62,897 bases of DNA, filler included, from Bigelowiella natans CCMP2755 (GCA_000320545.1; 7 parts of 7 records of this genome joined end to end with filler, not necessarily neighbours in it), one strand, 5' to 3'; positions 10,701-21,095 are shown, counted from the first letter of the whole stretch. A program made the numbers and translations. Notes: generated by a model from the sequence alone, not told the origin.

Positions 10701-12733
10701 TTGTCCAGTAGCTCCGTTATCTGTCGGATGGTCTTGCCGGGGTTCTTCTTCCGTAGCTCGGTAGGTGTAGGTAGCTTGTTGTCCGCTAGGTCCATAAACT
10801 CTAACGCATTAACGCTTGACTCAGAGGTCCACTCGTCAAGCCGTATCATGTTCTGGCTGATGGTCCTGCCTGACTTCTTTGGCAACTTAGCAAAGTATAT
10901 CTTGTGATTGTAGAATGATATGATCCCCCCTAATTTTTCTAGGGCATCCTGTCCGAGGAGTAGTTCCATGGATAAAGTCATGGCTACTCGGGTCTTGATT
11001 TGGGTCTCCGCGTCGCTGCCAGGTATCTGTAGCTTTAGCATTAGCTCACCGACGGTCTTCATGGAAGAGCTTCCGTCTGCTTGAGCATATTTACGTTCTT
11101 TCTTAGTCACTTGATCCAATAGTCCTAACCTTCTTACTGTGCTTAGGCTTATGAAGGACTTCGGCATGCTGCCACTATCCCAAAGGGCAGGTAGTTTCTT
11201 GTAGTCTCCGTAGCTGTCTTTAACTTTAACCTTGGTCATAGCAACTTTGATAGTCCTGTTAGCGTCTTCGTCATTAATGTTGCATACTCCTAAGTTCTTT
11301 ATGTCGTCTAGGGTCATGGGCTTGTCTTGGTCCTGCGTTGCTGGTACTGCTGTCTTCGTCGGCGCCTGCTTAAGGTGATCTAATATTCCGTTTATCTGCT
11401 GCTGTATAGCATTGATACTGTTCTGCTTTTTGTTCTTATATTTATTGTTCTTCCCGTTGTTGCTGCCTTGCCATTTGCTGTTGTTATATCCTTGTCCTCT
11501 GCCTTTCTTTCTCTTTAACTTCTCGTAGTGTTCGTTGAGCTGCCTGATCGTCATCCTGGGTCGTCCTTCTTTCCTGTCTCTGCAGTCTTTAGCGGTGTGT
11601 TTCCCTTTACGTGAGCAGTATCCGCAACGTCGGTTACCTTCCCTGTCCTTGTACCAGTCTCGCTGCGGCTTAATAGCGTTAATGTTTCCTATGCCAGGTA
11701 CCTTAGGGCTGGTAAACTTGCGGTCCTGCTCCTGCTCGCGTAGGGATATAGCCTGCACTGCTGCCTCCATCGTGGTGTAGCCTTTCTCCGTAACGTAAGT
11801 GGATTCCTTTATCTTTAACTTGAACTCTTCAAACCTTGCCTGATCATCACCTGTGTTGTAATTAAAATCATGTAGTTCGTCGATCATATCCTGGAAGCGC
11901 GTGGCAAAGTCTCTAACAGGTTCTCTCTCATGCTGCATCATTGCTCTGTATTTTCTAATAGCCTGGGGTAGGGAGTTAGCATCCTGTTCATTTACAAAAG
12001 CCTTCATTATCGCCTCAACGTCTCGTAGCCCACTAACTGTAGTGTGTATTTTCTCTAGCTGCCTGATCCGGGTCCTGCCTGTCTCGTAAAGGTCCATGGC
12101 TTGCTTTATTATAGCTAGCCATTTGAGCTTGTCGTTTTCGGTGGGGTTAGGGGTAAAGTCGCAGAGTATACTCCTAGCGTTCTTCCACCACCTCCTTGCC
12201 TCACCTCTTTTCCCGTTGTATTTCGTTATCATAACCGGTGCTGTTTTAACAGACATGAACTGGGTGTTCCGCTGTACCGGCTGCTGCTGCTTGACGGTGC
12301 TCTGGGTCGTCCCCCGCGAGGCGCCCAGACCCCCGTCGTTCCTAAACAAAGCTGCCCACTCTGGAGGTAAGTCTGCTTCGTAATCCATGATGTCCTGCAT
12401 GATAGCTGCCCAAACATCATGTGTCTGATACTTGTATTCTATCGATACTTTCAGTTTGGCGTAGTTGCTCGCCCTGGGTCGCAAGGCTCGTAATGCCATT
12501 ACGACCTTCTTGCTTTCGGCGGCCACGTCCTCGTCGTCCGCCTCGTAGAAGTTCTCCAGTGCCTCTGCTGCTGCATCTGCTTTCTTAATCCCGGGTGCTG
12601 GTCCCGGCGGTGCCTGTGGAGGTGTTCCTCCTCCTTCCTTAGCGTCCGTATCGCCCTTCCTTTCCTGTTTCTGCTCGTGCCCTTGCACGGCCTGCGAGCC
12701 AAAGTCCTGCTGTTCTTCTAGCTGCTGTGACAT
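7760..12733 (-). CDS. Gag-Pol polyprotein, 1657 aa (gag zinc knuckle, aspartic protease, RT, RNase H, integrase, C-terminal extra domain)
   Basis: Motifs: CGYCSRKGKHTAKDC; LWDSGS; YVDD; RNase H TDWS, GEYKAM, TDHKPL and ADYFSR; integrase AHGPAH..CRC, IVQID, HVDNE and SKVERLHRTL; GPY/F-like PFWGG..RHISHLKNY. No stops or frameshifts. Confidence 0.96.
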   Translation of the reverse strand: MSQQLEEQQDFGSQAVQGHEQKQERKGDTDAKEGGGTPPQAPPGPAPGIKKADAAAEALENFYEADDEDVAAESKKVVMALRALRPRASNYAKLKVSIEYKYQTHDVWAAIMQDIMDYEADLPPEWAALFRNDGGLGASRGTTQSTVKQQQPVQRNTQFMSVKTAPVMITKYNGKRGEARRWWKNARSILCDFTPNPTENDKLKWLAIIKQAMDLYETGRTRIRQLEKIHTTVSGLRDVEAIMKAFVNEQDANSLPQAIRKYRAMMQHEREPVRDFATRFQDMIDELHDFNYNTGDDQARFEEFKLKIKESTYVTEKGYTTMEAAVQAISLREQEQDRKFTSPKVPGIGNINAIKPQRDWYKDREGNRRCGYCSRKGKHTAKDCRDRKEGRPRMTIRQLNEHYEKLKRKKGRGQGYNNSKWQGSNNGKNNKYKNKKQNSINAIQQQINGILDHLKQAPTKTAVPATQDQDKPMTLDDIKNLGVCNINDEDANRTIKVAMTKVKVKDSYGDYKKLPALWDSGSMPKSFISLSTVRRLGLLDQVTKKERKYAQADGSSSMKTVGELMLKLQIPGSDAETQIKTRVAMTLSMELLLGQDALEKLGGIISFYNHKIYFAKLPKKSGRTISQNMIRLDEWTSESSVNALEFMDLADNKLPTPTELRKKNPGKTIRQITELLDKTPPADDWDIDKGKKYINKILNEKYSDITKPTTKPSSKLTPVKIELKKGYEECIINDPEHRRPEADWEKIEWQINEWAKEGKIEPSNSPWNVRHVLAKKPTYPFFRLAHNFIRHNRVIKRIQTPTPRIDDVIEHVIGYKYYSSLDKNESYMQTPIHKTSRPITAFSSRHRKWHFVVFPYGLSISGDAFSSQNYRAYTHDGMASVLWVFVFVYVDDDIICTNTVVAQIFLLENIFIRFAHFGFTIRLQKCTFLATRIKWCGYYLEQGRITPNPEKVAALQQAPKPKNAKELKSFLQTAAWILRRFSPTYARTAAAFTTAYRKENSVGLSFAKVWAKAGLDAHFDNLIKLCSNTLLNAKLDTTRPATLWTDWSKLGMAAVLTQDQQIIRVWGRACTAAEAKYSPTKGEYKAMTEAQRKLRHYLLSVPSFTLMTDHKPLLGIDRKLEAPNDEYAAMRADTEEFRDKRTVVYAPGDKQLADYFSRLFEKKVPTQVTPMVNAITFEDGDFLPEPEELQHLQEHLDKYKHKHEVLSDRIYVYTNNVRRTYVPRRTRGALLFTAHGPAHVGENHITALLYHYYWPYKLKEIRTYLRGCRCSSLKAAGVATKESSKSRASKKIKARNFLDIVQIDVYKYDGYHYLTFVDVATGKCWVKKIIKVNVAKKNKGLYKQRLTNCYRTWESELQAIPDEVSINKIPKKLHVDNETSLLQLPHPNIDASPVYYAQSNSKVERLHRTLANLSRINSTTPDKIQGLVNDTFTSGGGIKDKEREEGDDNDDDTESEDEKVPYDGRVLKEGQYVRAKVNLRSRNKQDPFWGGVAKVTERKGRKQYYIYDGNRVTLRHISHLKNYDIGEKLLEDVKVNPTVWERAMPCLGPRPKFDVEYGNNKVRVNDDWRMKIVYLGYPGLRNMERVAMKIKDGKYQLLYLAVPDLPFEHWYKVLGDLDAEGWYGHEPKDEGEFWVSDKGDKVREESITWWLVKFRKR

Positions 12734-12749
12734 TGTTAGTCAAATCGTT

Positions 12750-12767
12750 TCCCGTGTGTGGAAGCCA
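12750..12767 (-). promoter_or_regulatory. Candidate primer-binding site (TGGCTTCCACACACGGGA)
   Basis: Begins with TGG 5 nt after the 5' LTR. Its complement ...CCCGTGTGTGGAAGCCA looks like a tRNA 3' end. The cognate tRNA is not identified. Confidence 0.6.
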
Positions 12768-12772
12768 AAGGT

Positions 12773-13098
12773 TGTTGCGCGTAAGGTGTTCACAGGCCGA
12801 GGCGCTACGTGCACAAGTAGGCAGGGGGGGGGAAAGGCACGTTTGCTTCCTTTTGAAGAGTTGTGTTTATTTTTATTAAAGATTATATTTTTATTAAATC
12901 GTGCACTGCGTAATCATTCGCGAAGCTTTCGCGAATGCCGCCGCACGTGGGGCAGCACACTTCCGGTGTGCTGCCATGAGTCCCGCCGGAACCCACGTGC
13001 CTATGCTGTATTAATATCTACGTTATCTATATTCTATATCCGCGACAACCCCTTTGTTGTCGCACGTGACTTGTGCCCGCGTAGTGGTACGCGCTACA
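12773..13098 (-). repeat. 5' LTR (326 bp)
   Basis: Identical to 7383-7708 and followed by the TSD AGTC. Confidence 0.97.
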
Positions 13099-13776
13099 AG
13101 TCTAGCAGTGAAATGATTCCCACTGAAAGTGTTGCGGGTGAATGAATGAGTGCATGAAGCGATCAAATCCAAATGCACAGCTGAAAGCATCATGGGTGTG
13201 CTGACTCATCCACTCCACAACCCTCCTCAATCAGAAAGACAGAAAGAAAGAAGTGTTTCCTGTTCCATGGACAATGGAGCAGGATCACGGGAACCACAAA
13301 ATTGTTGTTCACGATTCGCAAACGCCCTACATTTTCCATCTACAACAATTCCAAACACACGTCGCAGGATCAAATAACTGCAACGTTCGTCCCTTCCAAA
13401 AAGAAGCGTTCGAGGATCTTACGAGTAGCAATCGTTCCTCCGAAACTGCTGCGATCTCCCCGAAAAGGGCAAAAAACAGATTGAGCGTCTTGAAAGGATG
13501 TCGCAGGAACAAAAGGCAAGCCAATTTACCTACAGCCGTGCTCTCCGTTCGCTGATCGAACTCGTTGCTTTCCCGACCGAACATCACAATGGAACACGTT
13601 TTGACTTTGATGTAGCAAGGAGGCCCCCCCCTCCTGAACCAACGTGTACAAGACAGGACCAACATCATCCAGCAATTGACTCATCATTCAGATATATCTC
13701 ATCTTCCTCCTGGAACAAAAATCGGAATTTCGCAATTGTGACCTTTGAAATCGTAAGCTCTTTCTTCCGCTTGGCT

Positions 13777-14568
13777 ATGGCGAGCTTTCAGTCAGTTAAC
13801 CAGCACATCAATGGAAAAAAAAGGAGAAGAGCGTTCAATTCCAAAGATAAAAGAATCAAGCTGAGCGACTCTTCCTATCCATGCGGTATCAACAGCGGTC
13901 TGATGCGACACGGGAGTAGTCTCGTGACATCGCATCTACGATCGATCACACGTTTCTGCCCACTCACATCAGGGTCCACTATCAGCATTTTCGGTGTTAG
14001 GAAAAAAAATCAGCGCAAAAATACGGTAGCTTGTGATGAAGACGAGAAACAGGAAAAACCGTTGGTGAAAGCAGAGCCGAGATCTCATGAAGCGCCCGAT
14101 CACACCAAGCAGGTTTACGCTACCCCCCCAGGGAAGGACTTCAAAAAGACAAGGACTACACAAATTAAGAAAGTTATATTAAATATCAATTCTAAATTTT
14201 CCAAGATGAAAGCGAAGTCCAGCACCAAAACCTGCTCCAAAATGAGAAAAAAGTCAGAAAAGCGAAAATATGACAAGCTCCCTGAAGGCCACCATTACGT
14301 CAGAAGCATAAAAGGTAAAGTGTGAACCTCAAAATACTTGTTCAGCCATTTGGAGATTGAGAGAATTTATTTTTTGGGTTTATTTTGGTTTATTCTAGGC
14401 CATTTCCTCACAGATGAAGGTATATTTTTCCGTGTTCAATGGTGGGAGGGAGACGTTACCGAAGAGCCTTTGAGCTCGGTTATTCATATGCTTCCAACAC
14501 ATTATGCCAAAGAATGGGAGAAGCTTCAACAATCTGTACCTTCTTGGGTTCTTTCAATGTGCACTTAG
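13777..14568 (+). CDS. Basic low-complexity protein with a C-terminal chromodomain-like fold
   Basis: An 84-nt GT-AG intron (14315-14398) joins ORFs 13498..14325 and 14338..14568, giving HYVRSIKGHFLTDEGIFFRVQWWEGDVTEEPLSSV. This matches the chromodomain pattern Y.V..I..H......Y/F.V.W.....TWEP. The start codon is uncertain (13498 or 13777). Confidence 0.6.
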
Positions 14569-15205
14569 AGGAAAATGTGGAACACAAACAAGGTTATTCT
14601 AATCTGCATCGAAAGCTGTTGCACGATTGGATTTGCTCTTAGCTACATCCGCCGGAGCGCATACAACGTATAAAACTCACGGCAAATGTGAAATTTATAT
14701 AACTTTAGAAAAATGATGATGTCATAGCAGACATTGGTGCCATTATGATCAACGTAGCATGGCATTGGCACACGGTAGCTCACTAGCTATCTGTTGTCGT
14801 GTGTCACGTCGTGTGTCACAATTGGTTGTCAGCAGATGATCCATTGCGACCAAGCTTGCATGCATTCGCAACTTTGAGCCGCCAGATATCTGCTGCATCA
14901 CAGATGATTTGGCATTCTATTAATGGCTACCTGCACACGCAGGTGTAGAGCACGTGTCCTTTATTCTTGCCATTTGCTGGTCTTGCTGGCCTAGCGTCAG
15001 AAGAAATGTTGCTGCAGTACATCGCAATGCCATGCAATGCCAAGCGCACATTGCGTGCAGCGTTCACGCGATGCATCAGTCATTCTGGAATCATTGCAAC
15101 AGCAGCTACAAATGAACTCACAGCAAGTCTCAAATGAAATGTATAAACTACGGCTACTATGCCTCATCAGTGTGATTTATTTTTTGTTGGTGACTGATGT
15201 TAGCG

Positions 15206-15669
15206 CTATTTTTGATTTGAACGAGTGTGTAACGATGTAAGGTCGTAGCCTTCCAGGTCTAACGCATGTGCCAATTCATTTTCCTCGATACTTCCCCATT
15301 CCTCCGTCTTCACACGCACATTAACTTTGCCCGTTTTGAAATCGACATCCTCCACCGCGACCACACCGCTGACTTGCTCGAACACGGAGCGAACTGCAAC
15401 CTCGCATGCTTCGCATCCCATACCATCAACGGTCACCTCTAATAGTGACGATGAGGGGGGAGGAGGAGATGGCGACCCCGCAAAAAGGCTATAATTGGTC
15501 GACAGTCGTAGGACCTCTGGCAGAACTGCGAGAGCAATCGTGAAGAGAGTATGGAAAAACAACCGTCGCCTTGCTTGCTGCTTGGGACGTCCGAAGAGCC
15601 ATAGACCCCCTAGCCACGCGAAGGTTACTGCACGTAGAATAGGTCGGAGCGGACCGAGAATCTGTAGGT

Positions 15670-15714
<45 letters not shown>

Positions 15715-16021
15715 GGGGGGAGGAGAGAGAGGGTATTGTGAGAAACGGAGGTCGAACAATTTATTCTTTCAGTGCGGATCTGACTATCCATAATTTTTGA
15801 TACGCGGGTGGGACACTTCCAGCATCTATTTTGCGTCTACACCTTGTTGAATCCTGCACACCCAACATGAGCGACGTTCTGTGGTATAGATTAAAAACTT
15901 CTTTTTCACTAGGGAAAAGGAGGGAAAAGGAAGAAGGAGGCGCAGGGTCGCTGGGTGAGAGACAACACCAGAGGCATCCAATCATAATGTAAATTCTAAA
16001 TATATACACATACATATGTAA

Positions 16022-16068
<47 letters not shown>

Positions 16069-18160
16069 ATATATATTGGAGTTGTCGTTTTACCAAGCCG
16101 GAGAGTATATTAAGCCCAAGTTGAAGGATACAGCAACTGCTGCATGCGAGACCGGCGATCAGATGACCGACTAGCGGGAGATAGGAATATAACGAGGACT
16201 CTTCACTATCGTCATTTCGTTTCTCCACTCCAACGCTGCTGCTGCAGCTGCTACTGTTTTCTTCCTTGTTTTTACTCCCCACGTCGCCACACTTCATAGA
16301 GGCTCCCTCACCGCAGCAGCTGCTGCCTGAGTTCCGTGTGCACAACAACAGTCACTTCCAACATACTATGTGGTGGAACGAGTAGTTAGTTGTGTGCAGA
16401 TAAAATGCTTCATTTCAACGACACTTCACAACTACAATCTAATCGCTCTCTCTTTTTCCTTTTCTGCAGATAACAGAGTGCATGAGCTAAGCGTGTGGTA
16501 CGTGTGATGATTGATCAACAATGTTCCTTTGGTATACTTTCCTCCCCCCCTTGATACACAGCATCAACACAATTTTCCGACCTTTCGCCTGGTGCTTGGA
16601 AGCTACCTCTCCAATGCCGCTGTCCCCCATTTCTTCTTGCAGTCTCTTAACACTCTCCACCTCAGCGGGAAATCCATTCTAGGGTATTTTGGTAATAACA
16701 CATTTAGTAACACTCCTTAGTTTAAATGACGACCAAAATGTCGATGACCACCCTTGCGAATAAGTTGTGGGACTATTCCGCCATTGCTTAGAGTGTGAAT
16801 TAAAGACAACTTCCTACTGATTCGCTATTGGCTGCTACCCATTCTCATTTTGTTGACCTTAGTGATCCGCTCTGCGGCAGCCTCTGCCTCCTTCTGAGCA
16901 CGACTTCGATCGTCTTCTTTGCCATGATTCTGCTTCTTCCTTGAAAGGACGTATGTAGCGGAACCGCTTTCGAAGTCAACCGAGACATCACTCACAGTCA
17001 TGGAGTCCCGGGGCCCGTTCTTGTTCTTCTCTCCTCCATTCTTTTCTTCCTCATTCTCATTTCCTACTGGTACTAGGCTGTTCTGCACCGTGGTTACGCA
17101 TGCGATGCAGCCCATTCCTTCCACACGCAACCGCACCTCGTATGATGAAGATGTGCCACACGACGACGACAACATGGGTTGCGACGTTGAGGCCTTGGCT
17201 TCGTCACCAAACGAAGGAGATCTCTTGTCATCCATGTTGGTTCTCCGAGAAGACTTCCCAACGCGGGAAAAGATGTAAAGAAACTCCGGAAGCAGCATCA
17301 GGGGGAAGGTAATAACGGTTCCGATAACAGCTTGGCGCTGCATGTCAAATCGCCCTCTATTTGGCATATAACAAGGACGAGCAAGCAAGACATTGACGTT
17401 CATAATGTAACGGAAACATCGCACACCGACCATCGCGCAACGCTTCATCACGGTTACATTATTTACCTAGCCAGCAGCCACTGGCCTGCCTGCATGCTTA
17501 AAGTAAGAGCCATGAGAGAAGGGCGATACGGTCCTAGAACAGTGTTGAACCTGGAGCATGTACGACATTTATGATTGTAACCCGCTACTATCCTAGCGCC
17601 ATTCTCACTCGGTTGTGTGGACTTTGGACTACAGCACGACACGTGACAACACGTATTCATCTCCGCCTCGATAGTGTAGAAAGCTATAGTACCCAGCACA
17701 TCCCAGAGAAAACGCGTTGAGAAGAAGCTGGAGAGCACAGCATGCAGAGGACAGGAGTCCCTGAAAGGGAGGAGGAGAATGGGCAGCAGTAAAGGGGTAT
17801 TTCTGGTGGTGATGGTGCTACGATAATGATAATTTCAACTACCATGATTCCCCAGACTACTTCCATTTGGAACCACATGTACAAATAATCGAGCCACCTA
17901 AGATAAAGAAACAAGTAAGCAAAAGCCTTGCAGATAAAAGCACAAGACCTCAAAGCTCAAACAGAATGACGACACCAAAACAAGGGAGCTCAAGAAGTAG
18001 AAGATTTCGCTTTGTTCAATTCTAGTACCCTCGCACCAGACGTGACGAACTCGCGGCAGAGACGACGAGGAAGATAACGCCAACTCTCACAATTAGAGCG
18101 CGCGCGAAGCCAGGGGACGAGAGCAGGTGCAGCTCCTTGCCACTGCTTTCAACCTTCGGC
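15206..18160 (-). CDS. Heavy-metal-associated membrane protein: two tandem modules of a MerT-like Cys-Cys TM region plus an HMA domain (start unresolved)
   Basis: Module 1: LLSSACCALQLLLNAFSLGCAG|FNTVLGPYRP...VEGMGCIACVTTV. Module 2: LACSSCCILQLGLNIL...GCAGFNK|ILGPLRP...VDGMGCEACEVAV. GMxCxxC is the HMA signature. Confidence 0.8.
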
Positions 18161-19837
18161 CTGATGTGGATAAGGCAAATCAGCACGTTCTATTCACGGA
18201 ATCATTTGTCACACCGAACGCTCTTGACCCTGCAGTCATGCCGTCCGTAATGCTGTCCCGGGTGGGTGGGGTCGGAATCTGCACCACAGACTGTCCAGGA
18301 GGGCCTCACGATGTCTGGCTGCGACAAGGCCATGATGTTGTTTTCTCGTACAAATTGCAGGCCATTTTCCAACGGGACTCGACCACCACAAGAAAAAGCC
18401 TGAACCTGTACGGGCGATTTCCCTTATACGGTGTTTTTATCTGTTGTCGCAGGATTTTTGTCGAGGTGATTTCAAGGCGTTTTGGGCTGTCTCTCTCTCC
18501 ATCATTGATACGATAGAAAGGACGACTTCTTCTGCTTCCGGCTGCAGCCACCACTGGAGAGGACACAGGCAGAGAGAACTGTGTAACCATGGCGAGTGCT
18601 TTCGTCCATGCTCTCGCCCGCCCCCACCTTTTGTTCGGGATTGCGGTCTTCGCGGCGGTCACGACGCAGGGCTATGAGGTAGTGGCGAACCTTGCTGCCA
18701 TGAGTGCTTCGCTGAACCACCTCCACTCTCTATTTCTTCGCAGCCCCAGAGAATAGATACTCCGTGGCATGGAACGAGCGTTCGAGACCTTCACAACGAG
18801 TACATGAAATGATAATGATAAGAAGGAGGTCGTTTAATATTATGCCTCTCGTATGTGCAGATATTACAATATCTTTCGACGCGGAAACCGGAACGCAGCC
18901 TCTCATTTATGGTCCACTTTCTTACTTGAGCGCGCGCACCAGATGACGGAAGAACGCTTGAGGTAACAATCTAACATGAAAACCGAGTTCCAATCTAGGC
19001 AGGCCCTCAAAGGTCAAGTTGTGACATTGTTCGTTAGTATGAAGGTATTTCCTTTGTCATTTTCGAAATATTAGGTATATGTTCAGTGGGTTTTGCGCGG
19101 TAAGCGGATCCCCGACCCAGCCTTCTGACTAGTAAATCACCAACCACGTCGTTGGGGGGAGGAGGGAGGGAGGGAGAGAGAGAGAGAGAGAGAGAGAGGA
19201 GGGTGGCCGGCGCGCATACAGACTTAATGGAATTCTAATTGGAATATCCATGCACATGGGACATGAAGCTTTTCGTTGTTTGTTCTGCAATCATCATCAC
19301 AAAAAATTGTTCTTTACAACGGAAACGAATGAATTACCTGTTGTCTTAGTTCGCGATATAAAATGACACTGAGAACGGTCAGTAACACCTATATATATGC
19401 AATGTCGTTTGCGTTCATACACTTGGAAGAAGAAAGTACCTGACAGGATTTCGCAGATTCCTCCCCCTTTAGCTCACTTCCATATTCGAAAGCGAACACT
19501 CCCATCAGCATCAAAATTAGCTCTTATCTTGCTTCCCGAATAGATGACCGGGGAAGCGATGACGGGATTCACCTACTTCTGCTGCTGGCCCTGTGTGTGC
19601 GACACACAGGTGTGCTCTTTCTATATGTCGCAGAATAGCTTCTTTGTGCGGCTGGCAATTCGATAAGTCTGATGTGAAGATGAAGGTGATGATGATAATG
19701 ATGACCTGTGAACAATTTAGGATCTGATCCGAGTCGACACCCGGAATGTCACGACACAGGAGGGGGAGAAAAAGATGCATTTTCTGGGTGAGATACATTG
19801 ATGCACATAAATTTATAAAGGAGAGGCGAGAAAGAGA

Positions 19838-19885
<48 letters not shown>

Positions 19886-20686
19886 CACACTCAAACATTT
19901 ATCGTAAAATAAAATATGTGAATACATGAACCATATCTATGGTAAACTGCATATGCAATGTATGGTGTAGCGAGATCACGTCCCCCAACGATAGTAATCG
20001 GTTGTTCCTTTTTGCGCATTTACCTATACATGTTTGGTGGCGCTGCCTATCTGTCGAGGCCTTGATATTTTTTAATCTCCTTCAGTGATCGGCAATCCGT
20101 GCGAGGCCGACCAAAGTAAAATCCCATGGGAAGCTCCTGAAGTGGTAGGTGACGAGACGCTAATTGCTTCTCGGATAGCATTATCTTCTCTCTACGTGAA
20201 AAGCTCCATTTTTTTGACCCGAGTTATTACACGATTAGTCACTGTATTTGTGACAAATAATGTGTGCCTTTATTCTAAGTTTTTTTACTTCTTCCTTCAT
20301 TTCCTAATTTTTTTAACATCATTATCTTAAGGTATGTAATGGACAAGAACTTGAGCGAGCGATCGTAAGTGACATCCTCTCCAGTTGATGTTTTCCTTCT
20401 TCGGAGTGTTTGTGTCTTGGCTTCTTCCCTGTCCGTACGCACATATGTATCTGCACACGAGTGGTACATTTTAACCGAAATAGAAACATAATCAGCTGAG
20501 CGACCATGGCTACATTATAATCTCGATGTTCTTCCCCTACGAAGACAGCATATCGTCTCAGGTATTTCTTCTTTTCCTTTCACTACCTATGCGCACATTC
20601 TTTCCTCCTCGCTTTAAGTAATTGTAGCTACGGTTAGGAAGTATAGGTCCGTGTATGCTCATCAAAAGGCATCTTATCTTTAAGTG

Positions 20687-20724
<38 letters not shown>

Positions 20725-20743
20725 AATATGATGGTGCTGCTAG

Positions 20744-21095
20744 GATGAAGGCACCTACGCAGAGCACTGTGAGCACCGGAAGCAGATGGGATATAACTCT
20801 GGAATGGGAGAGATCTTCCGCAAGGTATTAACTGAAGATCATCGAATTCATATGCGCAATTGGATTTGCTGGGAAATTGGGAGCTCTGCTACATTTTCCC
20901 ACCAGTAGCTCCTCGTCGATCGATGAAGATACTTATGAGATCTGAGCAACCATATCAATGGGGATGGTGCGTAATCAGGTGGCGAGCATCACACCCCTGG
21001 CTGGTGTGGGTCAATCTCCGACTTGCAGCATTCAGCAAGAGAGAGACAATCAGGCTGCTGGCGCCATCTGTGAGGGACCTGCATGTAAAGAGTAA
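20744..21095 (+). CDS. 3' exons of a small uncharacterised protein
   Basis: Exons 20744-20824 and 20979-21095 splice in phase: DEGTYAEHCEHRKQMGYNSGMGEIFRK|VASITPLAG...CKE*. No 5' exons lie upstream. Confidence 0.55.

Larger units (their letters stand above)
7383..13098 (-). mobile_element. Full-length Ty3/gypsy (Metaviridae) LTR retrotransposon, 5716 bp
   Basis: Two identical 326-bp LTRs with TG...CA ends, a 4-bp TSD AGTC (7379-7382 and 13099-13102), a PBS-like tract, a PPT, and a single ORF with domain order gag-PR-RT-RH-IN. Confidence 0.97.
6607..13339 (-). pseudogene. Degenerate ORF interrupted by the LTR retrotransposon
   Basis: Removing the element and one AGTC copy gives one frame running ...VGIISLLD|WFTRFDAPHF...HSV*CMAEAIQKLPR... 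into ORF 6849..7259. The three internal stops between 13339 and 7259 are all TGA. The sequence is Tyr-poor and Cys/His/Met-rich. Confidence 0.45.

Noticed and set aside
8307-12702. Short ORFs overlapping gag-pol on either strand
   Set aside because: Shadow frames of the long ORF.
6100-15200. Enclosing DNA transposon with terminal inverted repeats around the LTR element
   Set aside because: No TIRs, TSD or transposase motif found by eye.
18300-20510. Fragments reminiscent of a Rab/Ras GTPase (YDRSLKFL, VRFRIW, ENGLQFVRENNI)
   Set aside because: No P-loop, DxxG or NKxD motif could be assembled. Probably coding, but not assignable.
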